This document shows, piece by piece, positions 28,927 through 42,753 of a DNA stretch of 64,000 nucleotides. Position numbers and translations under genes: made by a program. The notes beneath the pieces were generated by a model. That model was not told the DNA's origin. It ran no database searches and saw only the letters and a program-made list of their open reading frames with translations. Origin of the DNA: Octopus vulgaris (taxonomy: Eukaryota); NCBI GenBank assembly GCA_951406725.2, contig OX597822.1, positions 7,192,001-7,256,000 on the forward strand, read 5' to 3'. Every line of letters begins with the position of its first letter. The stretch's first letter is position 1.

Positions 28927-29900
28927 ACATGTTGATGACGACGACGACGAAGGCCACGATGCTGCTGCTGCTGCTGCTGCTGCTGACGATGATGATGATG
29001 ATGGCGACGATGCTGCTGCTCCTGATGATGGCGACGATGCTGCTGCTCCTGATGATGATGATACTGCTGCTGCTACTGATGATGATGGTGATGACAACGA
29101 CTACGATAAGGTTGCTAACCCTTTTGGTAATGACGACGGCGTTTTGGAGTAATTTAATGAACGATAATGATGGAGGTGGTGGTGGTGGTGCTGATGATGA
29201 TGTTGATGCTGACGACGATGATGGTGGTGGTGGGGATGACGATTGTGATGATGAGGGTGATGACGCTGATGATGATGTTGATGATGATGATGGTGGTGAT
29301 GGGGATGACGATTGTGATGATGAGGGTGATGACGCTGGTGATGAATGTTGATGATGATGATGATGATGGTGGTGGTGGCGATGACGATTGTGATGATGAA
29401 CGTGATGACGCTGGTGATGATGTTGATGATGATGATGGTGATGATGGTGATGATCGTGATGATGGTGATGATGGTGATGATCGTGATGATGTTGATGATG
29501 ATGGTGTTGATGGTGTTGATGATGATATTCATAAGGACGGCAATGATGCCACAGATGACGTTGATGATGATGATGATCAGGATTGTAATGTTGCTGATAA
29601 GAATGATGATACTATATGATGCTGAGTATTGAGGAAATTATCCTTCTACTCCAAATGAAGTTGATATAAATAAGAAACTGATGATACAGCTGTGTTTGAC
29701 GATGACTATCCTTAAGTTACGACTAATACAGTTTCTCTTTATTATGACTATGATCATGGTGATGATGATGACGATGATGATGATGACGACAACGTGGATG
29801 ATGACAAGCATGACGATGATTTTTGTTTGGACTTATAATATGGAGCGTAATGCTGCTGTCGATAACAACGATGACAATGAAGTGGATGTGGTCGAAGATT
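28927..29900. repeat. (GAT/GGT/GCT)n low-complexity tract with higher-order repeats of about 66 bp
   Basis: gatgacgattgtgatgatga...gtgatgacgctg recurs three times. Confidence 0.85.
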
Positions 29901-30349
29901 ACGTTAATTAGGATATTACGATGAAGTACCAAGCAAAAAGTAAAAACATCAGTAAGAAATATAAAGAAAAATATATTCGTATTTTTCGTATGGAAAGAGA
30001 ACACACAATTAACATTATTTACGTTATAGGCACTGTCTAGAGAGAGTGATTTAAGATAAAATAAAATTATTACTTCTAATTATCGAACAAAGCTAGTAAA
30101 TTTGAAGGGAAAGGCTAAGCCGATTACATCAGCCCCAGTCCTTGAGCGGTTGTTTATAAGCTAGATGCGACAAAGGCGAAAGGAAAAGTTGCCCCAGATG
30201 GGGCTTTTACTCAAAATGTAATAAACCGGGAGTAATGCTGTTGAATATTTTATTCGACTTACTAACAATTCGCCAAATCGTCGTAGATTTTGAAACAAAT
30301 AAAATACAAACATATTTCCCAGCAGATTTTAAAGCAACGATAGAATTGA

Positions 30350-31560
30350 ACTAGGATTATAGCCTGGGTTTGCTCGGGATTGAGTTAATTTTATTAAGCT
30401 AATCAAGCTCTTTATTTCAAAGCAAACTATGTAACATCGACGTCAAAATTCGGTGAAATCCGTTGAAATTGGTAAACATTTGGCTGACATTCTGTAGACA
30501 ATTTGATTGGGAAATCCCATAAGGAGTCGGTTTATCAATTTTTTCCACACATCGATTATTTTTTTTTTTTGTTTTTGGAGAACTTAAAGCATTCAAAAAT
30601 CCCATGAGTCCTAAGTAATGCTGGCATCAAGTTTGAAAAAATACATCAAAATTGGTAGACGTTATGGTTGAAAATGGGGTGTAGCCAATTTTAGTGGGAA
30701 GTCCTATAAGGAATCGGTTTATCAATTTTTCTATACTGATTAAATGGAAAGCCCCATAAGGAATCAGTTTATTGATTTTTCACCCCAAATAGGACTTAAC
30801 TGAACATTGCTGATTCAAAAACATCTATATTTATACTTTAAAGTTGGTTTTCATACCCAACCCAGTTCTGCAGAATCAGTGTCGCGACGGGAGCGCATGT
30901 GTTGAGGGTTTGATCGGCAGAGGTGATCAGGTTGCATATGCCAACACTTTTGAAAACACCATCCCCAACATGTAACCCCACTTTGCCCATGGGTTAGGAA
31001 CACTTCCAGCAAAGAAAATAGAACGTCCAAAAGGGCTCCCGATCCTCTGTGTGAGAAGCGGTTATTTTCAGATCACCCCTAAGTATATATATATAGGGAA
31101 CATACAGACACACACACACACACACGCATACGCGCAAACATATACGTTCATACACCTATTGCATACGTGTTTTTGCAAGCATTTTCCCCTGCCCATGTCC
31201 CACCTCCACCTGAGTAATACCATCAATTGAGGCAAATTTGGCACCCGGACGTAAATTTTGTAAGAGGAATAGAGAAGCCTACCTTCTCCCGTAAAGATGT
31301 GAGAGTCAGATCTCTCCTTCCGAAAACATGAACAGTTTACAAAATGCAAATTTGGCACCCGGACGTAAGTTTTGTAAGTGGAATAGAGTGGGTTACATTC
31401 TCCCACAGAGATGTGAGAGTCAGATTTCTCCTTTCGAAAATATGAACAGTTTCGAAACGTTTACAATATAACAGTTGATCGTTTGCGAAGGAGCGTGTCT
31501 ACAGTCAACACGTAGGTCTTTTGCTCTGGTAACCTCTGCTCTCTCCCATGTTCACGCACG
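30350..31560 (-). mobile_element. Probable Helitron-derived element with internal tandem duplications (about 113 bp unit at 31233-31452)
   Basis: Minus-strand 3' end CCCGAGCAAACCCAGG...CTAG|T at about 30350-30380; internal duplicated blocks; 5' end uncertain. Confidence 0.5.
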
Positions 31561-31647
31561 ACCAGCTATATATCGCTATGATTAGAACAACGGATTCAGC
31601 TAATTTGGAATTTATTTGTGGAGAAACGGAGAATATCGTTTATATTG

Positions 31648-31785
<138 letters not shown>

Positions 31786-32202
31786 TACGGGCAACAAACG
31801 CACGCGCACACACGTACATTGCATACATGTTCATGTGTGTGTCACTGAAGCCATTCACACATACATAACACCTTGTGTGTTTTTGCCTGTCAATCACTCA
31901 CTAAAAAGACGAAACTTTAAAAATGTGTTATCTGTATCTCTCTCCATCCCCCTCCCTCACTTTACCCCGCCGCTAGAAGGGGATTTAACTCATGTTTGTA
32001 AACAATGGTGGATTTCCCCGACGTGAAAATTGTTCAGTTATGGTCGAAAATTTATTTTTACCGCTATTCGTTAGTGCTTCGGGGGAGAATAATTTGACAA
32101 AAATACACCCAGGATAATGACGAATGTTCTCCTAAAATTGGAGCGACATGCGTGCTGATTTGTGGACGTGCATAAATTACATTCACGCATACACACATCC
32201 TG

Positions 32203-32255
<53 letters not shown>

Positions 32256-32271
32256 TGAAGTGTTAAATTTA

Positions 32272-32401
<130 letters not shown>

Positions 32402-32580
32402 CGTATGTGTGTGTGTGTTGTGTGTTTCTTTATTACCCACACAGGGCTGAACACCGACAGGAAAACGTACAAAGTAGAGGTATTCTTTTGGGGGAGAAAA
32501 AAATAAAAAGGGGGAGGTTTCGATCAAAGGGTTCTTAAAAAAGAAAAAAAAGTAAACATATTAGTATATATATGTATGCT

Positions 32581-32632
<52 letters not shown>

Positions 32633-32635
<3 letters not shown>

Positions 32636-32795
32636 GAGTAAACACATAAATGTGAAACAAGGTGGAAAAAATAGTACTCAAATACCAGGGGTAGAGTAAT
32701 ATGCTTTATTTAAAAGCACCTGGAATTCAACAAAACCTGTTACTCAGAGTTTCCGAGTAACAGGTTTTGTTGAACTTCTGCTGCTTTGAATTAAA

Positions 32796-32800
<5 letters not shown>
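32633..32800 (-). mobile_element. (TA)n-flanked fold-back mini-element
   Basis: Arms of about 46 bp (32699-32745 / 32755-32800) turn at GAAACTCTGAGTA (hammerhead 3' half, minus strand); one-sided tail 32633-32698. Confidence 0.65.
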
Positions 32801-32844
<44 letters not shown>

Positions 32845-32870
32845 AACACGCACACACTTACATATATATT

Positions 32871-34093
32871 CACGTGGTCTGATCAATAAGTATCTGGACT
32901 GCTGCAATTCTAGCAAGGAAAAAGCGCTCAGAGTAAAGCCGCTTGGCCCATATTTACCTTGAACACAGTTGTGCATCGAGTTTTTACGTTTCAGCTCACT
33001 TCGCTGTTTGCAGCACCGATCAGAAAGAACGTGTGTAGCGTGTGATCGTCGCGTTGACCATTACAGGGAACGTTGAGCAGAGAATCTACATCACATTTAG
33101 CCAAAAAATTTACGATACCTGCTCAGAGGCCACCGCAATGTTACACAAAGTGTATGGAGAGGAGTGAATGAGCCGCAGATATATAATAGTACAATTGATT
33201 CAGACGTTTCTAAGATGGCTAAAAATATCGATAGTGGCGAACGTTCTGGAATACTTGCAACCGTCAACTCTGATCAAAATATCGCAGATATGTGTGTAGC
33301 TGGTATGGAACGCGTGTCTGCCAGGTTTGTAGCAATATTGCTTTCAGGTGACCAACATGAGACTCGGGATTCATTTACACATCTTCTCCTTGATTGTGTC
33401 GAGAACGATGAAAACTTTTTAAAAACGGACATAAGGGATGACCCAGAAACAAACGTTCAGTCTTCGTCGTGGAAGACCCCAACCTCTCCAAGACCAAAGA
33501 AAGAACAAATGATACGAAGTAATGTGAAGTCACTGTTGATAGTTTTCTTCGACGACAATGGCATTGTTGATCATTAGTATGGCCCACCTGGCCAGACAGT
33601 AAACAAGGAGTAATGCCGTGATATTTTGCGGATGCTGTTGGTTGGAAAAGGCTTACTGTATGCTACACGTTGGAAAAGCCCACAGTTGCATGCATCCGGT
33701 GAGTGGACGCATGCCCCATGACAGCGCATCTGCTCATCCAGAGCAGTTTACGCAGCAATTTTTTGCTAAGCACAATATTAGGCCCGACAGCCACCTCATT
33801 CCCAAGATCTCTCCCGTTGCGACTTTTTCATATTTTCAAAATTCAAATCCCGCTTGAACGGAAGACGATTTCGGGTCGTCGAGGAAATCAAAGTGAATGC
33901 GGCAGGGTAGTTGCTGATTATCACAGAAAACGAATTCCAGGAATACATCCGTCAATGGAAACAGCGCTGGATTAAGTGTGGCTTCTGTGTGGCTTCAAAA
34001 GGGGACCATTTTGAAGGAGATATTAATACCAAATGTCTACGTAATGTAGGTTTGCATTTATAGCACCAATCTACTTATTCATCAGACCTCGTA
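32871..34093 (+). mobile_element. Decayed mariner with both TIRs
   Basis: TIRs CACGTGGTCTGATCAATAAGTA / TACTTATTCATCAGACCTCGTA; peptides RVSARFVA, DPETNVQSSSW and LIVFFDDNGIV. Confidence 0.85.
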
Positions 34094-34125
34094 CATATAT
34101 ATCTATATCTATAACCATATCTATC

Positions 34126-34194
<69 letters not shown>

Positions 34195-34447
34195 ATATCT
34201 ATCTATATGTATACATATGTATATAAAATTTACAGAAAGCAAAAGACGAAGACAGGTTAAGGAAGAACAAGCAGGTTTATTTGTTTAACGCTCAGGAAGA
34301 ATGGAAAGGCTTAGACGTTTCAAGCCTAAGCGCTTAGACACAAAGGATTAAGTGGGCAAAAATGAAACACGGACATAGAACGAAACAAAACGGATAGAAG
34401 ACAAAAATCCGTAGGGATTGACAGTTCAACATGCTGAATCATTCTCC

Positions 34448-34518
<71 letters not shown>

Positions 34519-34627
34519 TATATGTATGTGTGTATGTCTGTGTGTATGAATATCTGTATATATGTATATATCTATCTATATATTTATATATAAATACATA
34601 CATACAATAAATATGTGTATGTGTTGG

Positions 34628-34676
<49 letters not shown>

Positions 34677-35009
34677 CAGAGAGGGAGAGAGAGAGATAGA
34701 GAGTAGGTTCAAATATAACAATTCAATATTTTTGAGGAATCAAAAGGAAAATAATTTCCAATAAAAATTCATCATATTCATAAAAAAACAGCTAGAACAA
34801 GTAGAAAGAATATGAAAATAAGGATTGAAAAAGTTCGTTATAAGTATAAATATACTATAAACAAGTATAAAAATGGAGAATTCAGTTTTGATTTTAACAA
34901 CTTTTCTGCAAATTTTTATTTGTTTATGGTATCTTTATACCTATAACGAACTTTTACTATTATATATATTTATAAATATATATATATATATATATATGCA
35001 TATATTTAC

Positions 35010-36265
35010 ATATTGATTCAGATGAATATGGTACTTAAGTTGAGACACCAGAATTTAGTAGGATATTATCCATACAATTTCAAAGTAAGGTGATTAAAAT
35101 ATAAATATGCAAAACGGATATCCAGAGATAATGCAGTACGATCGTTTCATGCAACTCCATTTAATTTAACAATGCAATCATTACATCAGTTTAAATGCAG
35201 AGCAATCTTCAGCTCCACAAATATATAGAATTTAATTCTGCCATACTTGATTAGTGTATTCCTGCCATACTTGATGATCTTATTTCTTTATTATTTTATA
35301 ATTAGCTTTCATTTATTTATAAAATTAATCTAATTTTTGTACCTCTATAAATTCATACTTAGCTTATATAAAACTATGCTGGTATATTCATTACATATAA
35401 AAAACTGCTTAGATTATAAACTTATTAATATATAATTAGCATGTTATTTTACCTCAATACTCATTTATTAATACCAGTATATATGAAATAATCAGTATTC
35501 ACAGATACCATCTGATGAGTTAGTATTTAAGTGTATAATATGCATAAATATTAAACTATTTCTGGATAATTTCTTTCGTCCCTCTATTGTGGTAAAAGTT
35601 TGGTATATACTCATCAATATTCGGAATTTTCTATCCTTTTGTTATAATATTCTTCTTAACAATCCCCTGAATAACCCTAAACCTTAACTGTATACAATAT
35701 AGCAATATTGTTTAAAATATTTTAACTATAGTACCATATGATAAGACTTTCCCTGTTTCATTATCAATGGTCTGCTAGTGGGCGACCCCCTTAAGTTTCA
35801 GCTAATATCTTGTTTTATGTTTTCCTTTACCAAACCTCATGATATTGTTTCTAATAAATCCTGATGTTTTATGACTATACTAACTATGATTACTGTCTGC
35901 TCCCTCAGCCCTGCATCTTTGTACAAGGTTTTGATAAACTAGTCTATAAACTAAAAATGACCACATAAAAAGAAATCCTTGACAGGCAGAGTCTGTAACA
36001 ATGTAAATCTTGATACCTTAGTAGCTTCTATGCCGGACTGAAGACAGCACGTCCTTTATCTATCTCCTTAACTTTTTGGAGATTTTAGGTATAATTATGC
36101 TAATGTGTCCATGTGTTTCAATTTAATTAAATTCTATGTCTTGGTGCACTAAACATTACCCTTCATTTAAACTGATGCAATGATTGCATTATTGAATTAA
36201 ATGGAGTTGCAAGAAACGATCGTACTGCCTTACCTCTGGATATCCTTGTTGCTTATTTTCATATA
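35010..36265 (-). mobile_element. Old PLE remnant with inverted 3' duplicate (about 35097-35197 / 36165-36265) and hammerhead
   Basis: Inverted repeat of about 100 bp; minus strand CTGAAGA-TTGC...GCAT-GAAA-CGATCG-TA at 35132-35218; interior coding signal is weak. Confidence 0.65.
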
Positions 36266-37570
36266 TATAATGGGAAAAGAACGCAAAATATCAGGACAGC
36301 TAGGTGATACAAAGATGGACAACAAAACATCCAGATAGACGATACAAAGAAAACAAAGACGAGTCATTTGAAGTTTTCTTTCTTCAGTCAAGCACCAGAT
36401 TATCCTCGCAATTTCGGCTGATTATTCTTGAGATTGCTCCAATCTGGCCAGCCCCAAGGAAAAACTAATCTAAAAGCATCAGATTCCTAGGAAGAAAGCA
36501 GCGAATGTATACAAAAGCAAGAACTGAAAAAAACGGACAATGTTACACAAATATAAATACAATAAAAATACAATAAAAATAATAACAGGACATAACAACA
36601 CGTGTTTTTCGACTGTGTGGAAATAAGTGTTTCAGATTTACATTATGCAATTTCTCTCATACCTGATCTAGCATGCCTTTAAGATTTAGAGATGGGTGCC
36701 AGATATTACGAAATAGCATGTGATTCACTATATAATGTGGGGACACCGGTGAAATTCTTTTCTACTCTTGACATAAATGCTGAAATTTTGAGGAAGGGGG
36801 CCTAGTTGATTAGATCGACCCCTGTACGCAACTGGTACTTAATTCATCGACCCCTAAACATTGAGGTAAATTGAGATACTAAGCATTCTAAAAAACATAC
36901 GCGGAGTCTTCCTATTACCAGATTTAGTTTACAGTTTATCATAAAGCACTATGACTTCTTTTTCTTCTCCTTATTGTTATAATGGTTTCAGTAATTCAAT
37001 TGAACCGCCAGTAACATTCATAGAAGGAAAATAACTAAATATGCGGGGAAAATGTAATTACTTTTACTGTGGAAATGTAATTATAAAGTAATAAAGGAAA
37101 ACTTTCACTGACCTTATAATGGCTTAATTATATGTAGGATGCGTGTTGAGAAATCTCGTTTCGTTTGACCTTCTTTAGTGAGATATTTGAAATTAAACTA
37201 AAAAACACGTTAGACCTTTCTCTCTTCCCCTCTTTCTTTTTTACACACATATTTATATTGACATAGATTTAGTTGTGGGCATAACTCAGTTATTGATATA
37301 CAGGGTAGCCCTGGTCTCATGTAATTAACACATCGTAGTCAATTTACAGAAAAAAATTCATCTTGCAGTTATTAGACCCATTGAAATAGAAAATGAATTG
37401 TCTAAAATGCTTGCCTTTACAATATCTGATAATTCCCTGTTTGTTCGTTAGATGGGCCTGCTATTTGTAAAGTTGCTCTTTAATTTATACTTAGCCAGTG
37501 TTTATTTATTTTCAAATTAGGAAGCGATTGGTTGGGAATATTCTATAATGAGAATCTAACATACGTCAAG

Positions 37571-38016
37571 TAGATAATTCATTTACATTGTTTACGATTG
37601 ACAGATATTTATCCTCACGTTGGTTGTTGCTAACACAACGTTTCGGCTGATATACCCTCCAGCCTTCATCAAGTGTCTTCGAGAAATATCGTGAGCATAT
37701 GGCGTAGTGGTTAAGACAACGGGCATATGGCGTTGTAGTTAAGGGCGCGGGTCACTAACCCCAAGATTCTGAGTTCGATTCCAGACAATGACCTTACTAA
37801 TAGCAATAAAATAATAGTAATAACATGGAAAAATAACTTAGGAATGAGAACCCAGGTTCTAAATTTCCCCAAGACACCTGATGAAGGCTGGAAAGTATAT
37901 CAGCCGAAACGTTGTGTTAACAACAAAAATGATGAGGACAAATACCCTTTAATTGTAAATAATGTCAATAATGTACATAATTCCTAATCTCTTAAATAAA
38001 GAACTAGATAACTCAT
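37571..38016 (+). mobile_element. tRNA-headed element with hammerhead, inverted 5' duplicate and 12-bp TSD
   Basis: A box 37700-37710; B box 37771-37782; hammerhead 37873-37918; inverted copy 37581-37691; TSD TAGATAATTCAT / TAGATAACTCAT. Confidence 0.75.
37873..37918 (+). ncRNA. Minimal type I hammerhead ribozyme
   Basis: GACAC-CTGATGA-A-GGCTG-(loop)-CAGCC-GAAA-CGTT-GTGTT; the inverted copy at 37632-37677 has TTGATGA. Confidence 0.8.
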
Positions 38017-40011
38017 GCCCTTCTGCCTTTCTGTCGTCAAAACATTGTTTTTAATCAGATGTTTACCTAACAAAAACTCACACTAGCTGAAAATTTTGGA
38101 GTGCAAGTTTATCATCCTTGACCTCAGCATTTAACATGTAGTACTGAAATTTATATTACGAATAACAAATCAGATACATGACATAAGAATGGGAAGGTGA
38201 ACTTTTCCGCGGAGGTGAAATTGTTATACCTGAAAATTCCTAAACATAAATGCTATAACAGGAGAACAAAAAAACAAAACAAAAGAGAACACATCAGCTA
38301 GCTTTGAAACGTTTTGCGCATGAGTGAATTTCCAGCAGCTTCCTACCAATGGGGAGGAAATGCCAGTTAACTTTAAGCAAAATTATCACTCACTATTCAT
38401 CCTGCCAGGCGAATATATCAGGAAATGCGCTCTCATCATCAAAGTAAATATTCATTTTTCCGTTATCTTCATGAGTAATGTGAATCGGGTAACTGGATTT
38501 TTTTTTTCAGGTGTAGGATTACCATGTGTCTTTAATAATGAAATATCTCCATTTATATCGTTACATCACTTGTGATGACACAGCTTATGTGTAGCAGATG
38601 TAGTAGTAGTGGCGATAGACTGCTTACTGTGAGATTGCTAACGTTGTTGCTACTGCTCTACAAAGAAAATTTTTACAGCATCAAAACTTCAAGTAAAATA
38701 AATGGATGGAGTTTTTTTTTCAACATTTCAAAGTATAGAATGCCTCCTAGAATTCGATGGACAAATATGATCGAAGTAAAATGCATTTAGATATATGATA
38801 TATCACGTTGATAAAAGAAAATTTCTAATTCTGAAAGTGACCTTAGAAAAATATTACTTTTATAAAACATATATTCCCGATATTACTTTTATTACTTTCG
38901 AAGCAAAATATTACATATATGTACACTTGCATAAAGAGCACATACATACACACCACATGCATAAATGCGCAAACCCCCGCAGATTTACACTCACGTATAT
39001 GTATTCGGTAGTGTGAAGTCATGCAGTGACCTTTATCAGAAAAATACCAAAATCAACCTGCAACCCATATTCCCGCAATTCATTTTAACCGAATTATTTA
39101 TATAGGGAAAGGCTAGATTAATATTGTTTTCAAATTTTGACACAGGTCAGCAATTACAGGGGACGGGGTAACTCAATTAAATCGATCTCGAAAGAATGAA
39201 AGGCAAAGTCTACATCGGTGACTAAACCCAAAGTCTAAACCCAGAACGTAAATGCGGATCAAATGCCGCAAAGCATTTTCCCGGTGCGGTAACAATTCTG
39301 CTCGATTAATATTAGCAGGAGTCATAAATAAGTAAAAATTATCACAAAACTACTGATATTTCGAATGCATTTAATACGCACATTTCAAGTGGCTACTTAA
39401 TTAATTGTTACATATTTAACAGTTGCATGAATCGATTACATGCGAAATACATTGATCGGATCCCTATTCTTACTATGTTGTTGACAGGGAAAACGTCACC
39501 TAAACTAAAGAAAGAATCATAGAAAAACAAATAGGGACAGAAAAATGAGATAAGCAAAAGCTAAAAAAGATAAAAAGATAAGTGAATAAGAATTGACATA
39601 AATAAGGCAATGAACTTCAATGCAGAGTGAGAGAGAGGGGGGTGGAGGGGGGGGGGAAATAAACTTATATGAAAAGACTAGAGCTTCTAGAGAAAAAAAA
39701 ATAAGAGTTCGATATGTCAATGGTGATACCTGTTCTAACCTTAGTAACTGAAGCCGTGGATTTATATAAAGCATAAGAGTATTTAAAAAGTTTTTCTAGG
39801 TTTCGGAGATGGTTTGCCTAACTCTTTATGATCATTTGCTTTTTGTTCATATTGCCTATAGAATAAGCCGGATGAGATTTAAACTTATGCGCATAGATTA
39901 TCAAATTATCCAGATTCATTTAAGAATAGCTCCGGTAAAAATATATTTTCAACGATCACTAATCTTTTGGTTAATGACGAAGTATTCATAAATAATGATT
40001 CATGTATTTAT

Positions 40012-40441
40012 TTCCTTATTGCCCACAGGGTGCTAAAGAGGGAAAGACAAAGGGATTAAGTCGATTACATCGACCCCAGTACGTATGTGGTACTTATGAA
40101 GTCGATACTGAAAAGATGAAAAGTAGAGTCGACCTCGGCAGAATTTGAACTCAAAACGTTATGGCAGACGAAATAACGCTAAACATTTCACCCGGTGTGT
40201 TAATGACTAATATATTAAAGCCCTTTAATGCAGCGCACTGACAGAACCGTTTGTGCTCAGAGCAAAAACCCTTAGAGGCAGTTCTTCAGTCCTTACGTTC
40301 CGAATTCAAATTCCGCCAGGCTCGACTTAGCCCTTTATATTTCGAGTTCGATAAAATAAGTACCAGTTGAGCAGAGGAGTCGATTATATCGACTTAGCGG
40401 CTCCCCGAAATATGCTAGCCTTGTACCAAAATTTGAAGCCA
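40012..40441. mobile_element. Divergent pair of SINE family B copies (minus 40012-40203, plus 40225-40441)
   Basis: Both match the family B consensus seen at 8905 and 22104. Confidence 0.75.
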
Positions 40442-40732
40442 ATATATTGTAGCCCTTAAACAGGAAGACATAAAAATCCACTTTCCTCCTACGCGAACAT
40501 GGAACATAAACAAGAACCCAATACTAGGTGGGTTAAGAATACTGAGGATGATATGCATAATAGCATATTTAACTTGTACTTTTATGGAATAACTTACAAT
40601 ATTTCATTTAACTCAATGACAGTGGACAGTATAACATTTTTAATGTGGAAAAATACGGTAAGATAAGCATTGCATTGCTAAGAGTTCGAACGCAAGAGAT
40701 GTTCCTACCTGTGGAATTCATAATAATATTCA

Positions 40733-41125
40733 TCATCATCATTGTTCGACCGTGGTCGAGACAATGGAATTTACCATGCTATCCCTGGAGATTACATCAG
40801 GGTAGGAGAGTGTGCGCCTTCTGGTATTGCGAGTAGATGGCTTCCAGAGGAGAAGAGTAGAAATTACCTCTTTTTCAGCTCTACAACAATGTCCAGCAAA
40901 CTGAACTCTCTTACCTTTCACAAGAGATGACACACATGGTAGTTTCCCATATATTTGCAGTTTGGTTGGATGGCGCTTCCACGAGAGATCTTGAGCTCTC
41001 ATAAAGAGGCGAGTGTAGGTTCCATCCAACCGCCTCTCAAGCTTCTTTGATAACGTCCAGGTTTCTGAGCCATATAGTAGAATTGGTTCGACTGTGGCTT
41101 TGAAGATTTCAAGTTTGATGACCAG
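40733..41125 (-). mobile_element. 5'-truncated RTE-like LINE 3' end
   Basis: FKATVEPILLYGSETWTLSKKLERRLDGTYTR...RVQFAGHCCR; short (ATG)n tail. Confidence 0.8.
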
Positions 41126-42753
41126 ATCTTATGCATGTCATGCATAATAATATTAGGGAATGTAAATCTAGGTGATATACAAATTTTAGCAGTAGCAAAT
41201 CCACGAATAAGTTACCAAAACATTAATAAGTCCATTTCGACATCAAGTGAATTTTATCAAGGAGATGGAAATGTTTGTAGTCCATGTTTAACTGAAAACC
41301 TGGAATTTTGTTTACTACTAATGATAACCTATTATACAAACACAGTGAATTAAATGTAGTTCGCATGCATAAATTAAAATTAAGCTTCCGATATTACCTC
41401 AGAGACAATGTTTAATATTACCTCAACTCTGAAAATTGTAAATGACGTCGTGACCTACTAATTTCGTATCATATATAATTCCGAATCCTATATCCTATAT
41501 TTTATAGTATACTTGCCCCGATGTGAAACGCCTCCGAATATAGCAGTTTTCCTTCATATTGACTTCTACTAGCATATAAACTTTGATTCACTTGAATGAC
41601 TTTGTTACACGTAACTGGAAAACTACCAAAAACTCATTGTCTTTACCTCCTGTAATATATTTCCTTTTACTCTTGCGTTTAACTCACCAACATTCATTAA
41701 ACTGCAACATACCTAATTTGGTTTCACATAAGTGAAGAACCTTCAACTCTATCGATAGTCCCTTTCTCCCTAGTAATTTTAGGGTAATATCTTCAAAGTT
41801 TTTATCCTGTTTTCTCTTTTTTTTTCTCTTTCGTTTCCTGATACTTTCTATGTTTTTATGCGATACTATTTATTCTATATACAACTGTATATAGGCGAAA
41901 CCTTGAATCGCTCAATGTACTTCGCATGTAATCGACAAATGAAAGTAGCCCGCACGTAACAATTGGTAACCTTTGGAAGTAAGCCTTGAAAAGTAAGTAC
42001 TAGGTGCCTTCGTAATTCCTATGATTGTGTTTGTGATAATTTGGGAAGAAGGGTGTATGTGTGTATTTTTAAATATGTGTGCGTGAATAAGTGCCTTTAT
42101 GTATGTATATATCCACATTACACGTCTCACAATAAGCACATTCATTCTGTACAGTTGATTTTAAGGACAAGAAGGCAGAAAACATTTGGTAGATTATTCA
42201 GAGTTAATTGAAGACGATTTCGTCTATGACCTGGTCAAGTAGAAAAACTATTAGTGATAAAAAATTGGATTGCCTTTTGGTACGAAAAAGTGAAGAAAGA
42301 GAGTAGAGAAGGTTAGGGAAGAGCAAGTAGGAAGAAAGAGAGAGTGCGGAGAAAGAAGGGAATAAAGATATACAGTAGGTAGTTGACAGAGATGGACAGA
42401 GGAAGAAATGGAAGGCAGTAAAGAGAGAAAAGCAGCAGATAGGTTGAGAGGTAGATAGAGAGGAGAGGAGAGGGACAGAGAAATAGATAGAAAAGAGAGA
42501 TAGTCTTGCGGCAAATGTTGAACAGAAGTGGGTGAGTGACTACATAGAGTAACACACAACTGTATATATATATATATATATATATATATGGGTGTGTGTG
42601 ATTGTGTATAGAAGAATATATTAATAAAAAGAATTCCAACCTTGTCTGATTTTCACGTTTTATTTACAATCTTATAATGATATATTATAAGATAATATAT
42701 TATAATTGAATAAAATAAAATGAAATAGTAGAATGTTAAATATTCATTCTGAT

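Noticed and set aside
28893-29632. Asp/Met/His-rich ORFs resembling an acidic biomineralisation protein
   Set aside because: Several frames on both strands are open because of (GAT)n; the Asp frame has a stop and frameshift; I saw no splice evidence. A similar tract lies at 53750-54610.
38490-38575. Polypyrimidine-AG splice-acceptor-like site and short ORF (also 61700-61735)
   Set aside because: No recognisable protein similarity or consistent exon chain; needs RNA-seq.
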